Shown here: in pieces, positions 1-12,800 of the stretch
How the letters are laid out: the number at the start of each line of letters is the position of its first letter
Numbering within the stretch: position 1 is the first letter of the stretch
Notes under the pieces: generated by a model
Database searches by the model: none
The model's input: only the letters and a program-made list of their open reading frames with translations
Told to the model about the DNA's origin: nothing
Assembly: GCA_043228905.1 (NCBI GenBank)
Contig: JBHGNT010000014.1
Span: forward strand, 9,114,001 to 9,178,000
Source of the DNA: Azolla caroliniana
Lineage: Eukaryota > Plantae > Polypodiophyta
Length of the DNA stretch: 64,000 nt
Direction: 5' to 3'
Position numbers and translations under genes: made by a program

Positions 1-2250
1 ATGGCTGATTAGGCCCTAGTCATTTTTTAAGCCAATTGTAATTCCGCTATTGAACCATTTGTTGATTTGGGTTCGGTTGGAGGGTTGTTGGCTGAATTAG
101 AATCGACATACGGCATTTCGGCCTCAAAATCAGATTGGGCGAGATCAAAATTGACTCTCTTGCTGATTCGAGGCTAGGATTGGCCCAAGATGATTGAGTT
201 TGCATTGAAGACAACAATGATGCTCTAGATCAATTTTCGGTTCTCTAGGTTCCATAGCCGGTAGCCGAAGTCCCCATCCATCCCATATCCAAAAAAAAAA
301 CTTTTGTCGAATGGGGTGTCAGCTTGGTTCGTTTCTCCCTTGGTATGTATGTGAAGTCGATTGTAGGTCGACTGCTTTCCTGACCATAGCACCTACTTGA
401 AGCCCAATTTCTTTTGAAGACGATAAATGTATCAAATAGATAACCACTTGCAATGCTTCTGCCCAGAACTCCAACTTCAATCCTGCTTGCTAGAGCATTG
501 TCGTCACTCATTCTTGGATTGTCCAGTTAATCTGTTCGGCTACACCATTTTGCATTGGGGTGTAGGGAGCGTCCTTTGGTACCAGATTCCTTTCTCGGAC
601 AAGTATTTGGTGAAAGCTTTGGAGGTGTATTCTCCTCCATTGTCTAAACGAACGTGATGAAATACAATGAGCGGCCTAGCTCGATCTTTCCAACATCGGT
701 CCGCAAATGTCAGTGTGAATCCGTTCTAGGGGTTGTCATACCGTCTCATAGTGAACTGAGTGTGGACTTCGGGTCTATTTCCTTTATCGGCAATGCTCGC
801 AGAAGTTAGTCTCAACATAGTGGAGCTTTGGTATGTAGCCAATTGCCGATAATCATTCCAATTCGGTTTGCGACATTTGGTCAAGTCAACCATGCCACAA
901 CGATGTTGTCGGCACTTCGGCTATGTTCAGTGATCCCTCTAAACTGATCAGTCTGAGTAGGTATAGGTTGTTGTACTTCACACCATGGCCGATTCTCAGA
1001 TTTCCTCTTGTAATATGCCATGATGACTCGTTCAATGTCGTCTTGTACCCGTCTTCAGCTAACATGCCGATGGAGACCAGTCTTGGGTATATGCCAAACA
1101 TGGTGCATGGTGATCGTACTTCCATTCGACAACGAATTGGGATTTCAACGATTCCAACGATTTGACACTCTTGCCCATTGTCGAGTCAGATTGAGTCGTC
1201 GTCTCTGACCAAATAGTCGGAAAACCATTCACGGTGGGGGTCACGTGGAATGTGGCACCCGAATCGAGAAGCCACATTCGTGCATCTTGTGCATTGTACA
1301 TTATCTCTCTAGTCGACGAGTCTTCAAGTGCGAGAACTTGTCCTGACTAGGATTCGGCAACATTAATTTGGTTGTCGGATGGGGGGTGATTCGATTCAGA
1401 AGAGCCTGCATCCCGATCAAATTTATGACCATTCCCCTTTTTGTTGATTGACCAATAGTCGGCAATGTTGTGGTTGGCTTTTCTACAATGTGTGCAGTAG
1501 GCATTCAGCTTGGCGTTCTGCGACTTTGATTGTGGACGATTATTTCTCCTTCTTGGTCAGCTAGGATCGTAGACGGTTCGTTGGGCCATTTCATCGGAGA
1601 TGTGTGCTTTGGCATTGTCATCGATGGTGAGTTCCATCGACTTTCTTCAAAGCTCTCCTAATAAGATCTATCTGATTGCTTCATTGAGCTATTTATGACG
1701 CTCGTATTGAAGACTTCCCAACTTGTCATGAGGCTTGAAAGGAGTGCAAGTGCCTTGATTTCTTCCTCAAAATCTAGGCCTTGCGAGGAGAGTTTGGTCA
1801 ACACCCGGCTAAAGGTGTTGACAGGGGAGGTAGTCCGCTCTATCTCCCTCACCTTCATGTTAAATAATTGCTGAATCAAGATGATTTTGGAGGAGCTTGA
1901 CTTCTTTTCATATATTGATTGAAGTTTCTCCCATACGGCGAATGCAATTGTCTCTTTAGCCATGTTGAAGTAGACGTTTTCGGCCAGATGCATCCTGCTA
2001 CTAACATCTCTGTCGGCTTGTTGTTATGCTTAATCACCTCTATTTGGCGCCTGATGATCAACGCATCCTGTATCATCTCCTTCCATGAGGCAAAGTTTTT
2101 GCCATCGAATTTCTTGATTTTGCCACCGGTGCCGGATGTCAAAGCCACCATTCTTGTGGAAGTGAGTACCTGGCCTAATACTTTCCATCAATCAATTTCC
2201 CTTCTACTTGTGTTGTTGTTCCGGAACTCCGATTCACGTCGATACCAATT
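1..2250 (-). mobile_element. Ty1/Copia element A, degenerate internal region (gag, protease, part of integrase), continuing off the left edge
   Basis: Minus-strand ORFs 1876-2151 (KFDGKNFASWKEM) and 1658-1993 are Copia gag. Protease WLLDSGATFH lies in ORF 1059-1301. A tRNA-iMet-type PBS (GATACCA on +) sits at 2241-2247. Many stops and frameshifts. Confidence 0.9.
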
Positions 2251-5200
2251 TGTTGACATTGTATGTGTCTTGGTCAACTGTGATGTGTGAGGTTGGACGA
2301 CTGATGTGGAAAAGTATATTGATTTGGTTGAATGGAGTTTACAAACAAGTAATGAGTAAGGAGGGATATGGTGTACTATTCCTATAAAAAAGATATGCAC
2401 AGAGAGTAAAGAAAGAAGAAGATAGTTGCACTATTATGAGGCAAGATGATGGTTACAGTACAATCCCTCCAAACTTCAACCACCCTTTCCAATACATAGT
2501 TCCTCATATTTATATTGGGAATTCGGTCCCTCTGGATGAGATCCGGAGGAGCCGGATCGGACGAGCCGAAGGAAGGAACCGGACCGGATGCAACAACTGG
2601 ACCGAACCCACCCACATATCTGCAAATATGTTTCTGGTGTGCCTATGAAGGCTAAATTTGTAAATAGTCTTAAAGTCATATAAGTATAAATATGACTTAG
2701 GGCAATCACTTTGTATGAAGATGTTGTGAGTGTTGTTGATGTTGTTAGTTGTATCATAGTAGTACAGAGAGAGAGAGAGAGAAGTGAAGCCGCCGGTTGG
2801 CGAAGATACAGAGCTAGAGGTCGTTGCCTCTGAGTCTTCTGTTGTACCTCCTTTCTCGTATAGTGATAGTTGGAGTATGTGGGCTCCCGTGGTTTTTCCC
2901 TATCATGGCTTTTCACGTAAACATCTTGTGTCGTCTCTTTTGTGTAAGTGTACAAACCTCCATTTCTGTTTTGTTCTTTCATAAAGTGTTCGAGTCTCGG
3001 TTGTGGTCAAGCGTTATTCCGCATAAACTGGTATTAGAGCAAACAAGAAAATGGAAGAGTCATTCGGAAGCATGTTTAAGCTCACTGGCTCCAACTACCC
3101 GGTGTGGAAGTTGAAGATGAGGGACATGCTCGTGGTCAAAGATCTCTGGCTGCCGATACAGTTCGGGGACAAGAAACCAGACAAGATTGATGCCATGACA
3201 TGGGAGGTGATGCACATGAAGACGATTGCATACATTAGATGATTCATCGACATGAGCATGTACAACAACTTCAACGAAGAACCAAGGCTCATGAACTCTT
3301 GGAGAAGGTAGGCATCATGTTCCAGAACAAGAATGTCGTGAATCGAGTCTCGGTTTTCTGGAAGCTGGTGAGGCTCAGATATCAAGACGGATCCAGTATG
3401 GCGGAGCACATGAATGCCTTCTAGGGGCTCATAAATCAAGCCACCTCTTTGGAAGTGCCTCTAGCCGATGAGGTACTTGCGTTGCTATTGCTCGGTTCTC
3501 TCCCAGATAGCTAGGAGATGCTTGTTGTCACTTTGGGTAACGCCAGACCGAAAGGAAAGCAACTATCCCTAACAAAAGTGAAGTCAAGCTTGCTAGATGA
3601 AGAGGTGTGTTGGAAAGACAAGGAAGTGATCTCTGACCCAAAAGCCCTGATTTCCGAATACGACACACAATGAGGGAGAAACTGGTATCGGAGTCCCCAA
3701 AACCGGGAAAAGTCGGGGACAAGGTCAAAGTCAAGGGAGAGTCCCACTTGCTTCTATTGTGGGAAGCTAGGACACTTCCAAACGAACTATGGGCACTTCC
3801 GAAAAGAGAAAGGGACCGACAACACCGATTCGAAGAAGAGTTCAGACCGAAATGGTTCGGGTCGGAGAGGTCCGGATCGAAGAGGAACGTCGGCGATCAC
3901 GACAAGTGAAGAAGAACTGTTGCTCATCACCAAGGAGAATGAGTTAAACATTGTTGATGACAAGACAATGTGGGTTGTCGATTCCGGAGCATCGTTCCAC
4001 CTGACACCGAACCGGAAATGCTTCTCGTCCTAGGGAATGAAGGGTCATGCCGAATTGTCAGCATAGGAGATGTGTGTTTGACGACGTCAACCGGATGCAA
4101 GTTGTTGTTGAAGGATATCCGACACGTTCCGGAGGTTCGGTTGAACCTGATATTAGTCGGTCGGCTAGATGATGAAGGCTACACGAGTAGCATCCGGAAT
4201 GGAGTCATGAATTTCAGCAAAGGAAGCTTGATCGTGGCTCGAGCCCGGAAGATCAAAACACATACCTGATGCACGCCCGGATATGCTGGGAAGAAGTGAA
4301 CGTACCATCGACAATGCCGGTGAGTTGTGCCACAAGAGACTATGTCATATGAGCCAGAAGGGGACCAAAAGACTTGCCAAAGAAAACCTCATTCCGGAGG
4401 TGAAAGACGTCCATCTTGCGAAGTGCGTTGATTCCTTGGCCGGGAAGCAAAACTGAACCTCCTTCCGGTCAAGACCACTGATGAGACGGAATGCATCACT
4501 GGAGCCGGTGCATACCGATGTATGCAAAGTGGACACGAAGTCACATGTCGAATCGCAGAACTTCGTGACATTCACAGAAGACCACAACCAGAAGTTGTGG
4601 GTCTCACCGTTGAAAACGAAGGATCAGGTGTTGTCCGTCTTAGAGGAGCTCCACGCGAGAGTGGAAAGGGAAACTGGCTGGAAGCTAAAGGTGGTTCAAG
4701 TAGATAACATAGACGAATATAGGGGACAATTCGAGGAGCCCTGCCGGTCGAAGGGAATCTGGCTCGAAATCACCATGCGAAGACGCCAGAATTGAATGGG
4801 TTGGCTGAACGGATGAAGTGGACCATAATGGAGAGAGTCTGAAGCATGCTAGCACATGCAAAGTTATCAAAGACGTTTTGGGCCGAGTCACTGATGATGA
4901 CGACATACGTGATAAATAGATCACCCTCAGCACCCTTGGAAGGAGACACACCACAAAGATTATGGACCGGTAAAGACGCGTCTTACTGGCATCTGAAGGT
5001 GTTCGGGTGTCTCGCATATGTGCATGGCACAAAGGACAAGAGAGCAAAGTTGGACCCAAAGTCCCGGCTATGCATATTCCTTGGATATGGCGATGATGAG
5101 TTCAGTTACCGAGTGTGGGATCTGGTCGACAAGAAGGTGTTCCGAAGTCAGGACATAGTCTTCATGGAAGAGAAGACCATTGCCGACTGGGAGTCGCAGA

Positions 5201-6759
5201 AGAAGATGATGGACTCTGGATCAACCAATGAAAACCGGTTTGAGGACACAAGGACTTACTCGGTTGAAAACCGAAAGTTAGCCAGCAACCCGATGACACT
5301 CGATGAACCGATCGGATTCGGACAAGAAATCGAACCAACCGAAGAAGAAGAAGAAGAAGAAGACACTAGAACCGGACAAGACCCCGTATTGGATGAGGAT
5401 GAGGAGCAAATGGAGGAACCGGTAGTCGGAAATCAAGGATGAAGATATCCTCTAAGAGAGAGAAAAGCCCCCCGGAGATTTCTGGATGCAGAGCATGTGT
5501 TGCGAACCCATGAAGGGGAGCCGGAAAGCTTCGAAAAAGCAAAGAAAGACACCCACAACCACAAGTGGTTGAGTGCCATGTAGGATGAGATGGATTCCCT
5601 GCATGAGAACCATACATATGAGTTGACAGAGCTGTCGAAAGGAAAGAGGGCACTCCAGAACAAGTAGGTGTACAAGCTAAAACCGAGAGATGCCGGAAAT
5701 CCACCAAGGTACAAAACCCGGATCGTGGTGAAGGGTTTTCAACAGAAGAAAGGAGTGGATTTCGACGAGATCTTCGCCCCGGTAGTGAAGATGACATCCA
5801 TCCGGATGGTGTTGAGCATAACGGCAAACATGGACCTCGAGGTAGAGCAACTGGACGTCAAGACGGCATTCCTACATGGCGACCTCGAAGAAGAGATCTA
5901 CATGCAGCAACCAGAAGGATTTGAGAAGAAAGGGAGGGAGCACCTGGTGTGTCGATTGAAGAAGAGCTTATACGGACTGAAGCAAGCTCCCCGACAATGG
6001 TACCGGAAGTTCGACTCCTTCATGATCGACCAAGGGTACCACAAGACGCAAGCCGACCATTGCATGTTCGTGAAGAAATTTGATGGAGGTGACTATTGTA
6101 TGTAGATGACATGTTGATCGTTGGACCGGACTGAACCAAAATCAGAAATCTGAAGAAGGCTTTGAACCGAACCTTCTCAATGAAAGATTTGGGTCCGGCG
6201 AGACAGATACCGGGGATGCACATAATCCGAAATTGGTTGAAGAAATTGCTATGGCTGTCACAGGAGAAGTACATGACAAAGGTGCTTAAACAGTTCAACA
6301 TGTCCAATGTGAAGCCGATCGGGTCGACACTTCTGGCAAACTGCAAGTTGTCCGAAAAGCAGAGCCCGAAGAAAAAGGCAGAGAAGTCGGATATGATGAA
6401 GATACCATATGCCTCTGTCGTCGGAAGCTTGATGTACACGATGGTGTGCACCTGACCAGATATCGAATACGCAGTCGGAGTGGTCAGCCGATTCATGAGA
6501 AATCTAGGAAGAGAACACTGGAATGCAGTCAAGTGGATACTCTGATACTTAAAAGGTACCTCGAGTATGTGCCTTCAGTTCGGCTCAGGTAAACCCCAAC
6601 TGGAAGGCTTTACGGATTCGAATATATGTTGGTTGATGCGGATACCAACCAGTCCACATACGGATACATCATGACATATGCAGGGGGAGCCGTATCGTGG
6701 CAGTTGAGGCTGAAGAAGTCTGTTGCACTGTCAACAACGGAAGCAGAGTACATAGCAAA

Positions 6760-7197
6760 TGTCATGAACAGTATTGAGACAGAGAAGGAATTAGTACTAA
6801 ACGAAGGATTAGTACTATGAGAGGTGTGGAACTTCTTCGAGAGAAGGAAGAAGTGAGCGAGACAGAGAGAAAGAGAGAGATTGAGAGAGAGAGAGAGTGT
6901 GATGATAAGAAAGATATGTATTATATGAAGAGAATATACAATGGTGGCTAAAAGGCTTAAGACTGGCGTTGAACCAATTTGGTTCAACATAATGCCTAGT
7001 GCCCTCTTTTATAGTGTTTTCAGGAGTAATCCTGAAGCTTCTAGAATGTTCCAGAGAAATTTGGAATATACACTAATTTCCTATAATAAAATGTAAATGA
7101 AAATAATATCCTACGTATTACAATAGATGATCTAATGGTCAAGAGCTCGACCCATATAACCTAAGGTCATGGGTTCGAGTCTTGCCATATCATGACA
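6760..7197 (-). mobile_element. Solo LTR of Tcn1-like Gypsy family 2 inserted in the RNase H region of Copia B
   Basis: TGTCA...TGACA termini. Reverse complement matches the LTRs at 42508 and 47384. Flanks GCAAA and GTAGA are consistent with a decayed 5-bp TSD. Confidence 0.85.
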
Positions 7198-7293
7198 GTA
7201 GATGTGGAAGTCGGCAAGGAAGTAATCTGGATGAAGGACTTCATCGGAGAGCGAGGGATTCGACAGGAGGAATACCGACTCTACTGCGACAAC

Positions 7294-7569
7294 CAACATG
7301 TCATCCACCTTGCTAAGAACGCGGCCTACCATTCCCGGACCAAGCACATCCAGAGAAGATATCACTAGCTCCAGGAGAAGGTAGAAGATCAAGACTTTGC
7401 GTTGACGAAGATCCACACGGAGGAGAACGGTCAACATGTCATCCACCTTGCTAAGAACGCGGCCTACCATTCCCGGACCAAGCACATCCAGAGAAGATAT
7501 CACTAGCTCCGGGAGAAGGTAGAAGATCAAGACTTTGCATTGACGAAGATCCACACGGAGGAGAACGGG
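7294..7569 (+). repeat. 138-bp tandem duplication in the RNase H region of Copia B
   Basis: caacatgtcatccaccttgctaagaacgcgg starts at both 7294 and 7432. Confidence 0.9.
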
Positions 7570-8249
7570 TCGGATATGTTGACCAAGGTGTTGTTAGCCG
7601 ACAAATTGGACACGTGTCGAAGACGGATCGGACTAATGAGAAATCCCATGTCGGAGTGAAGGGGGAGTTTGTTGGGAATTCGGTCCCTTCGATTGGGATC
7701 CGGATGAGATCTGGAGGAGCCGGATCGGGCGAGCCGAAGGAAGGAACCGAACCGGATGCAGCAACAGGACCAGACCAAAAGATATCCGAATGGATCCGGT
7801 GTGAACCGGATCCAGGGACATATCTGCAAATATATTTCTGGTGTGCTTGTGAAGGCCAAATTTGTAAATAGTCTTAAAGTCATATAAGTATAAATATGAC
7901 TTAGGGCAATCACTTTGTATGAAGATGTCATGAGTGTTGTTGATGTTGTTAGTCATATCATAGTAGTACAGAGAGAGAGAGAGAGAGAAGTGAAGCCGTC
8001 GGTTGGTGAAGATAAAGACCTAGAGGTCATTACCTCTAAGTCTTCTGTTGTACCTCCTTTCTCGTATAGTGATAGTTGGAGTATGTGGGCTCCCGTGGTT
8101 TTTCCCAATTAGGGCTTTCTAAGTAAACATCCTGTGTCGTCTCTTCTGTGTAAGTGTATGAACCTCTATTTCTGTTTTGTTCTTTCATAAAGTGTTCGAG
8201 TTTCGGTTGTGGCCGAGCGCTATTTTCCACAATTTATAGTTAGGGTAAC

Positions 8250-8689
8250 TAAAAAGAGTTACGTGCGGAAGCTTGAAAGAGACACAGTCGATTGAATCGC
8301 ACAACACAGTATAACAGATTAAGAAAACACAGAGATGGAGATTAAGACAAAAGTACACACACACACACACATAGAGAGAGAGAGAGAGAGAGAGAGAATA
8401 CAGAAGGACACAATTCTATTACTTCAAAATAGTCGACACTTCTTACACAGTGTGCTCACAGAACACTTATATATACAAGCTTTTGATCGTAGATTGACAC
8501 AAGTACTGAATGCTCACTTATGAGCCCTGACAACTAGTCAACCTATAATATTCCTATTACTAAGTTAGGAGCGTAGGTCCTAATGGCCATACGACCATTT
8601 CAGATTACAAACCTTTTGGCATTTCGGCCCCTTAAGGCCCTATCGGCTTTCAGCTGATCCGGCCCTCTATTGAGCTTGACTTCTCAACA
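8250..8689 (-). mobile_element. Solo LTR of Copia family D
   Basis: Reverse complement starts TGTTGAGAAGTCAAGCTC and ends gcttccgcacgtaactctttt, like the LTR at 28839-29324. Contains CA and GA microsatellites. Confidence 0.75.
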
Positions 8690-9128
8690 ATAATTGAGCC
8701 CTAACCAAGAGGATGTGTTCACACTAGGAGTAGAATGGGTAGAGTGGGACTTTTACCCCAACACTCGGCACAACTATTGGATCGCACGTGTGAGGATGAT
8801 TATTGAGCGAAAAGACAAGAGAGTTAAGGGGGATTTCAACAAGACAAGAAATAAGCAAGAGATAGTGCAAATAACAAAAGGTTGTGTTTACATCCAATGG
8901 TTGGTGTTGAGATCAACTGTCGAGAAAACCTCATTTTATAGAATTAGACACGGAATGTATGACAATACATGTCAGTCAAAAATCAAACACATGTGAAACT
9001 TCCATATTTGATATACATATACACATACACATATGTGCATACATACATACATACAAATGTTGCAAGTCATACATACTCTTTCCTTAGAAAGGGAACTCCA
9101 TTCACTACTTGAAGATTCTTGGCCTTAG

Positions 9129-9144
9129 ACCCTAAACCCTAAAC
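9129..9144. promoter_or_regulatory. Telo-box-like motif, (CCCTAAA)2
   Basis: accctaaaccctaaac about 730 bp upstream of the ATG. Confidence 0.45.
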
Positions 9145-9868
9145 TATATTACAAATTGAAAACAAACGGATGAATACAATGAATGGCATGGAATGTTAGT
9201 GCCTTAGGGCATGCCATCAAGCCAAATATATTCATATGATCCAAACCCAAAGGTTCGAAATGACGGATTTCCCTCTACGAAAACATGAGATGCATAATAA
9301 CCACTCTAATTATTCCTTTGTAAGCAAGGGACAACGAGTATAATCACACCATTTTCTATGGAGTAAAAAGAAGAAGCATAAGAGGAGCGTAATTTGGCCT
9401 AGGGCATGCATGATGTCCCGATGAGCAACGTCTCATGCATCGACAATGGTTTGTGTGATGCGTTGTGGACTCTACGGAGACATGAAACCCCAGGAAGCTT
9501 ACGTGTCTTCCTCCGCCTCCTCTTTGAAATGATGAAAGGGCTGGGCTATAAATATAAATTTGGTGGTAAAATTGATTGTGTACACTGTTGATGATTAGGA
9601 AAGACAGACACAGCAGCAGCAAGATTTCCTTCTATGCATCTGTCGATCTATATGTACATATGTATGTATGTATTATACCTTGTTGATAATTAGGAAAGAC
9701 AGACACAGACACAGACACAGACACGGACACGGACACAGCAGGAGCAGCAGCAGCAGGAGAATTTCTTTCTGTGCATCATCTCTTCTATCTATACCTTCGA
9801 TGTAGATGATACATATACATACTACATATATATTATACAGTTCTTTGAATCGCTGCTGCTGCTGCGAG

Positions 9869-12800
9869 ATGATGGCCTCTCTCTTCTCCGGGAGAATGAT
9901 TACCCCACACCCACACCCACACCCACACCCACACATCCCTTGCTCTTGGACCTGCACCTGCTCAACATGCCCCTTTCTGCTCCTCCCGCCCATCAACAAC
10001 AACAACACCAACGTTGTTGTTGTTATTGTTGCTTCACGGAAGGAGCAGAAGACGAGACTCTCTAAGTCTTCTTCAGCTACAGCTACCAGGGATCGCAATA
10101 TACAGCAGCTTCACGGACATGTGAAGCAGCAGCAGCAGCACAGGTATGTGGCTCCACGCGGCCCTCCGCATGAGCATGAGCATGAGCATCAGCAGGAGTT
10201 CAAGAGAAAGCGTCATCATCAACAGGGAACTGGTGGGAATGCAAGCATAGATAGTGGCAGTACAGCCGCTGGCGGCGGCGGTGGCGGCGGCTCTTATGCC
10301 CTTGCTCAGAAAACTGCCATGATGAAGATTATAGAGAAACTCCAGAACATTCAGAAAATATCTAATGGCCCATCTTCCAGAGAATCGCATTCCCAAACTG
10401 AGGAGGAACGGCCTGCTAAAGCCTTATTGCCATTGAATCTCTCTGCAGGTGAGCCATTTCTTCCCAAGCCTGACAAGGACCTGTTTTCCATTGGGAGATT
10501 CTGGACCTCACCAGATCATCCTGTCCCTGCTCCTGGGAGGTCCATCCCAAACACCAAATTCCCATGGGAATTTGATAACCAATTGGACCAAGATGAGAAA
10601 GAAGATCAAAACCCGCGGGTGAAAGCCCCAACTGTTGCAGAGCTTATGATCCCCTCAGCAGAACTTAGAAGGCTTCGCACTCTTAGTATCTCATTGCCAA
10701 ATTCAGTTAAGATTGGGAAATTAGGCGTCACAATCAATGTTGCCGATAATATCATGCAAAGATGGCAGAACGATGAGCTTGTGAAAGTAAAATGTGAAGG
10801 GCCAGCTGCAGAGAATATGTTAAAAATACATAGAGATTTGGAGGTTAGCACCTATTAACCATCAGATGTCTATGCGTGCAATGATTTTATGCTGCACACC
10901 CTTCTGTATACATAACCTCTTCTTTCTCAATGTGGTATGTCAATTTTTCTCTGGAGATCTAATATTGTTTTTGTTTCTCCTAACCACCAGAGGAAGACTG
11001 GGGGCTTGGTTGTTTGGAGGTCTGGGAGTGTTGCCGTAGTCTACAGAGGCAGTGATTTTGACATTGTGAACAATATCCCAACGGGCTTGGAAAAGAAGTT
11101 GGAAGGTTTGATCACTCACAGAAGCTGGAGCGTCAATGCGAAGAGCACCATAGGTTTCAATGATGCTGCTCTACATGAGATCAGTGAAATAGTCAGCCAT
11201 CAAAATTTGGATAAATCCAGTGACGTGATGGAAGAGGCAACTGTAATGCCTTCAACAGAGGCTAAGACTCCTTTGAACCAGATAGATGATGCAGGGTCCT
11301 TACACAAACTTGATGGAATGGCAACTGATCCTCCTTTAGACTTGACTGATATGCCTGATCAGAGTAAGGATGAGGGCACTAACGAAGGCAATGTTTTGAG
11401 CATGTCACAGAGTCTCAGGATGTTAAATGCTCAACCCGATCATTTTATCGACAGAGAATATGAAATAGAAATAGAGGGCATTCTAGACAGCCTGGGGTCT
11501 CGTTACAAGGAATGGAAAGGCCTGCAACCTGCACCAGTGGATGCAGACCTTCTTCTATCAGAAATTCCTAATTATAGGTCTCCATATAGGCTTCTTCCTT
11601 ACGGAGTTGAGGCCAAGCTGACAAATTCTGAGCAGACCAACCTTCGCCGGCTTGTTAGACACATTGGTCCACATTTCGCATTAGGTTTTCTTTCTTAGAT
11701 CACATTACTTCTATTTGTGTTCATCTGCTAGCTGGAGTTTAATTGTTCTTGATTAGGACACATTCACTTTAGTAGTATGATTAGAAGCTGGTGTTTTTGA
11801 AAGGCTATTGGACCCTCTAAGATTTTCATTCTCCTGTGAACAATGCACACTTATTTTCGTTTTCCCTAAATTATTAATATACTTTCAGACTATTCTAATA
11901 TAAAAAGAGCCCCCCCCCCCCCCCCACCCACATATTTTACTATTTTCAAGTGATGATTTAGGTATTCTTAAAGAGCCCTTACATCTCGTGGCCATACACT
12001 CATAACATACATAATATTTCTATTCGTAATCATGGCCATGTGCCATGTCAAAACAATATAACCTGCAAGCAAAAATAAAACAATGGGCGAAACAATTCTT
12101 TTAATGTTTACAATCAACTCATTCAGCATAATGTCAAATCTCAAATTGAACTTGTTCTGAACTTAAAATGTATTAAAATTGAAGCAAACCATGTGTTTTA
12201 CGAGAATCCTGTTTACAGTTAATAACCTGAGCGGTTGTTTTCTTTATACTCTGCATTTGATATGTGTAGACTATTCTAAATACAACATCGTGCTTTGCTG
12301 TCTTAACGAAACCAATATTTCTTGCTTCTGAATGAAGGAAGAAATAGGGGTCTTCAGGGTCTCGCAGCTGCTATACTGAAGTTATGGGAAAGAAGTGAAG
12401 TTGCAAAGATTGTTATCAAGGCAGGTGTACAAAATATGCGTAATGAAATAATGGCAGAGGAGCTAAAGGTCTAAAGATTTCATGCAAGACTCAACCATTT
12501 GTAGTTCAAAATAACAGTTTTACATTATCTCATGAAAATATGCTTTTCTAAATGATCAGAAACTCACCGGAGGGGTTCTTCTTGGTCGAGACAAATATTT
12601 CATAACTCTCTATAGGGGAAAGGATTTTCTCCCACAACAGGTGGCTTTTGCCCTAACAGAGAGAGTGACAATGTTGAGGACAGAAACAGTTGTAGAGGAC
12701 CTAATTACAATCAATCCGAACAAAGAAATCAAAGTAGGAAAATTACGAGGGCAATCAGATGCAAGTATTGGCGAGAGTAAAAAATCTGGCCATTTTATGC

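Larger units (their letters stand above)
2513..8231 (+). mobile_element. Ty1/Copia element B, full length but degenerate, with both LTRs and TSD ATTTA
   Basis: LTRs at 2513-3023 and 7670-8231. PBS TGGTATTAGAGC at 3029-3040. PPT GAAGGGGGAG at 7658-7667. ATTTA at 2508-2512 and 8232-8236. gag MEESFGSMFKLTGSNY, integrase HLKVFGCLAYVH, RT QLDVKTAFLHGDLEEEIYM and LKKSLYGLKQAPRQW, RNase H VALSTTEAEY. Confidence 0.95.
2251..8763 (-). repeat. 5' LTR of Copia A, split by two later insertions (pieces 2251-2512, 8232-8249, 8695-8763)
   Basis: Starts TGTTG next to the PBS and ends CCCAACA at 8763. The right piece resembles the LTR family at 26174 and 36199 (tagtgtgaacac...ttagggct). Confidence 0.7.

Noticed and set aside
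9806-9868. ORF-track start for the CRM protein
   Set aside because: The upstream segment is an AT-rich microsatellite-like leader. The ATGATGGCC at 9869 has better context and begins a transit-peptide-like sequence.
9673-10098. 141-aa minus-strand ORF with Cys/Leu repeats
   Set aside because: It is the antisense reading of microsatellites and CFM2 exon 1.
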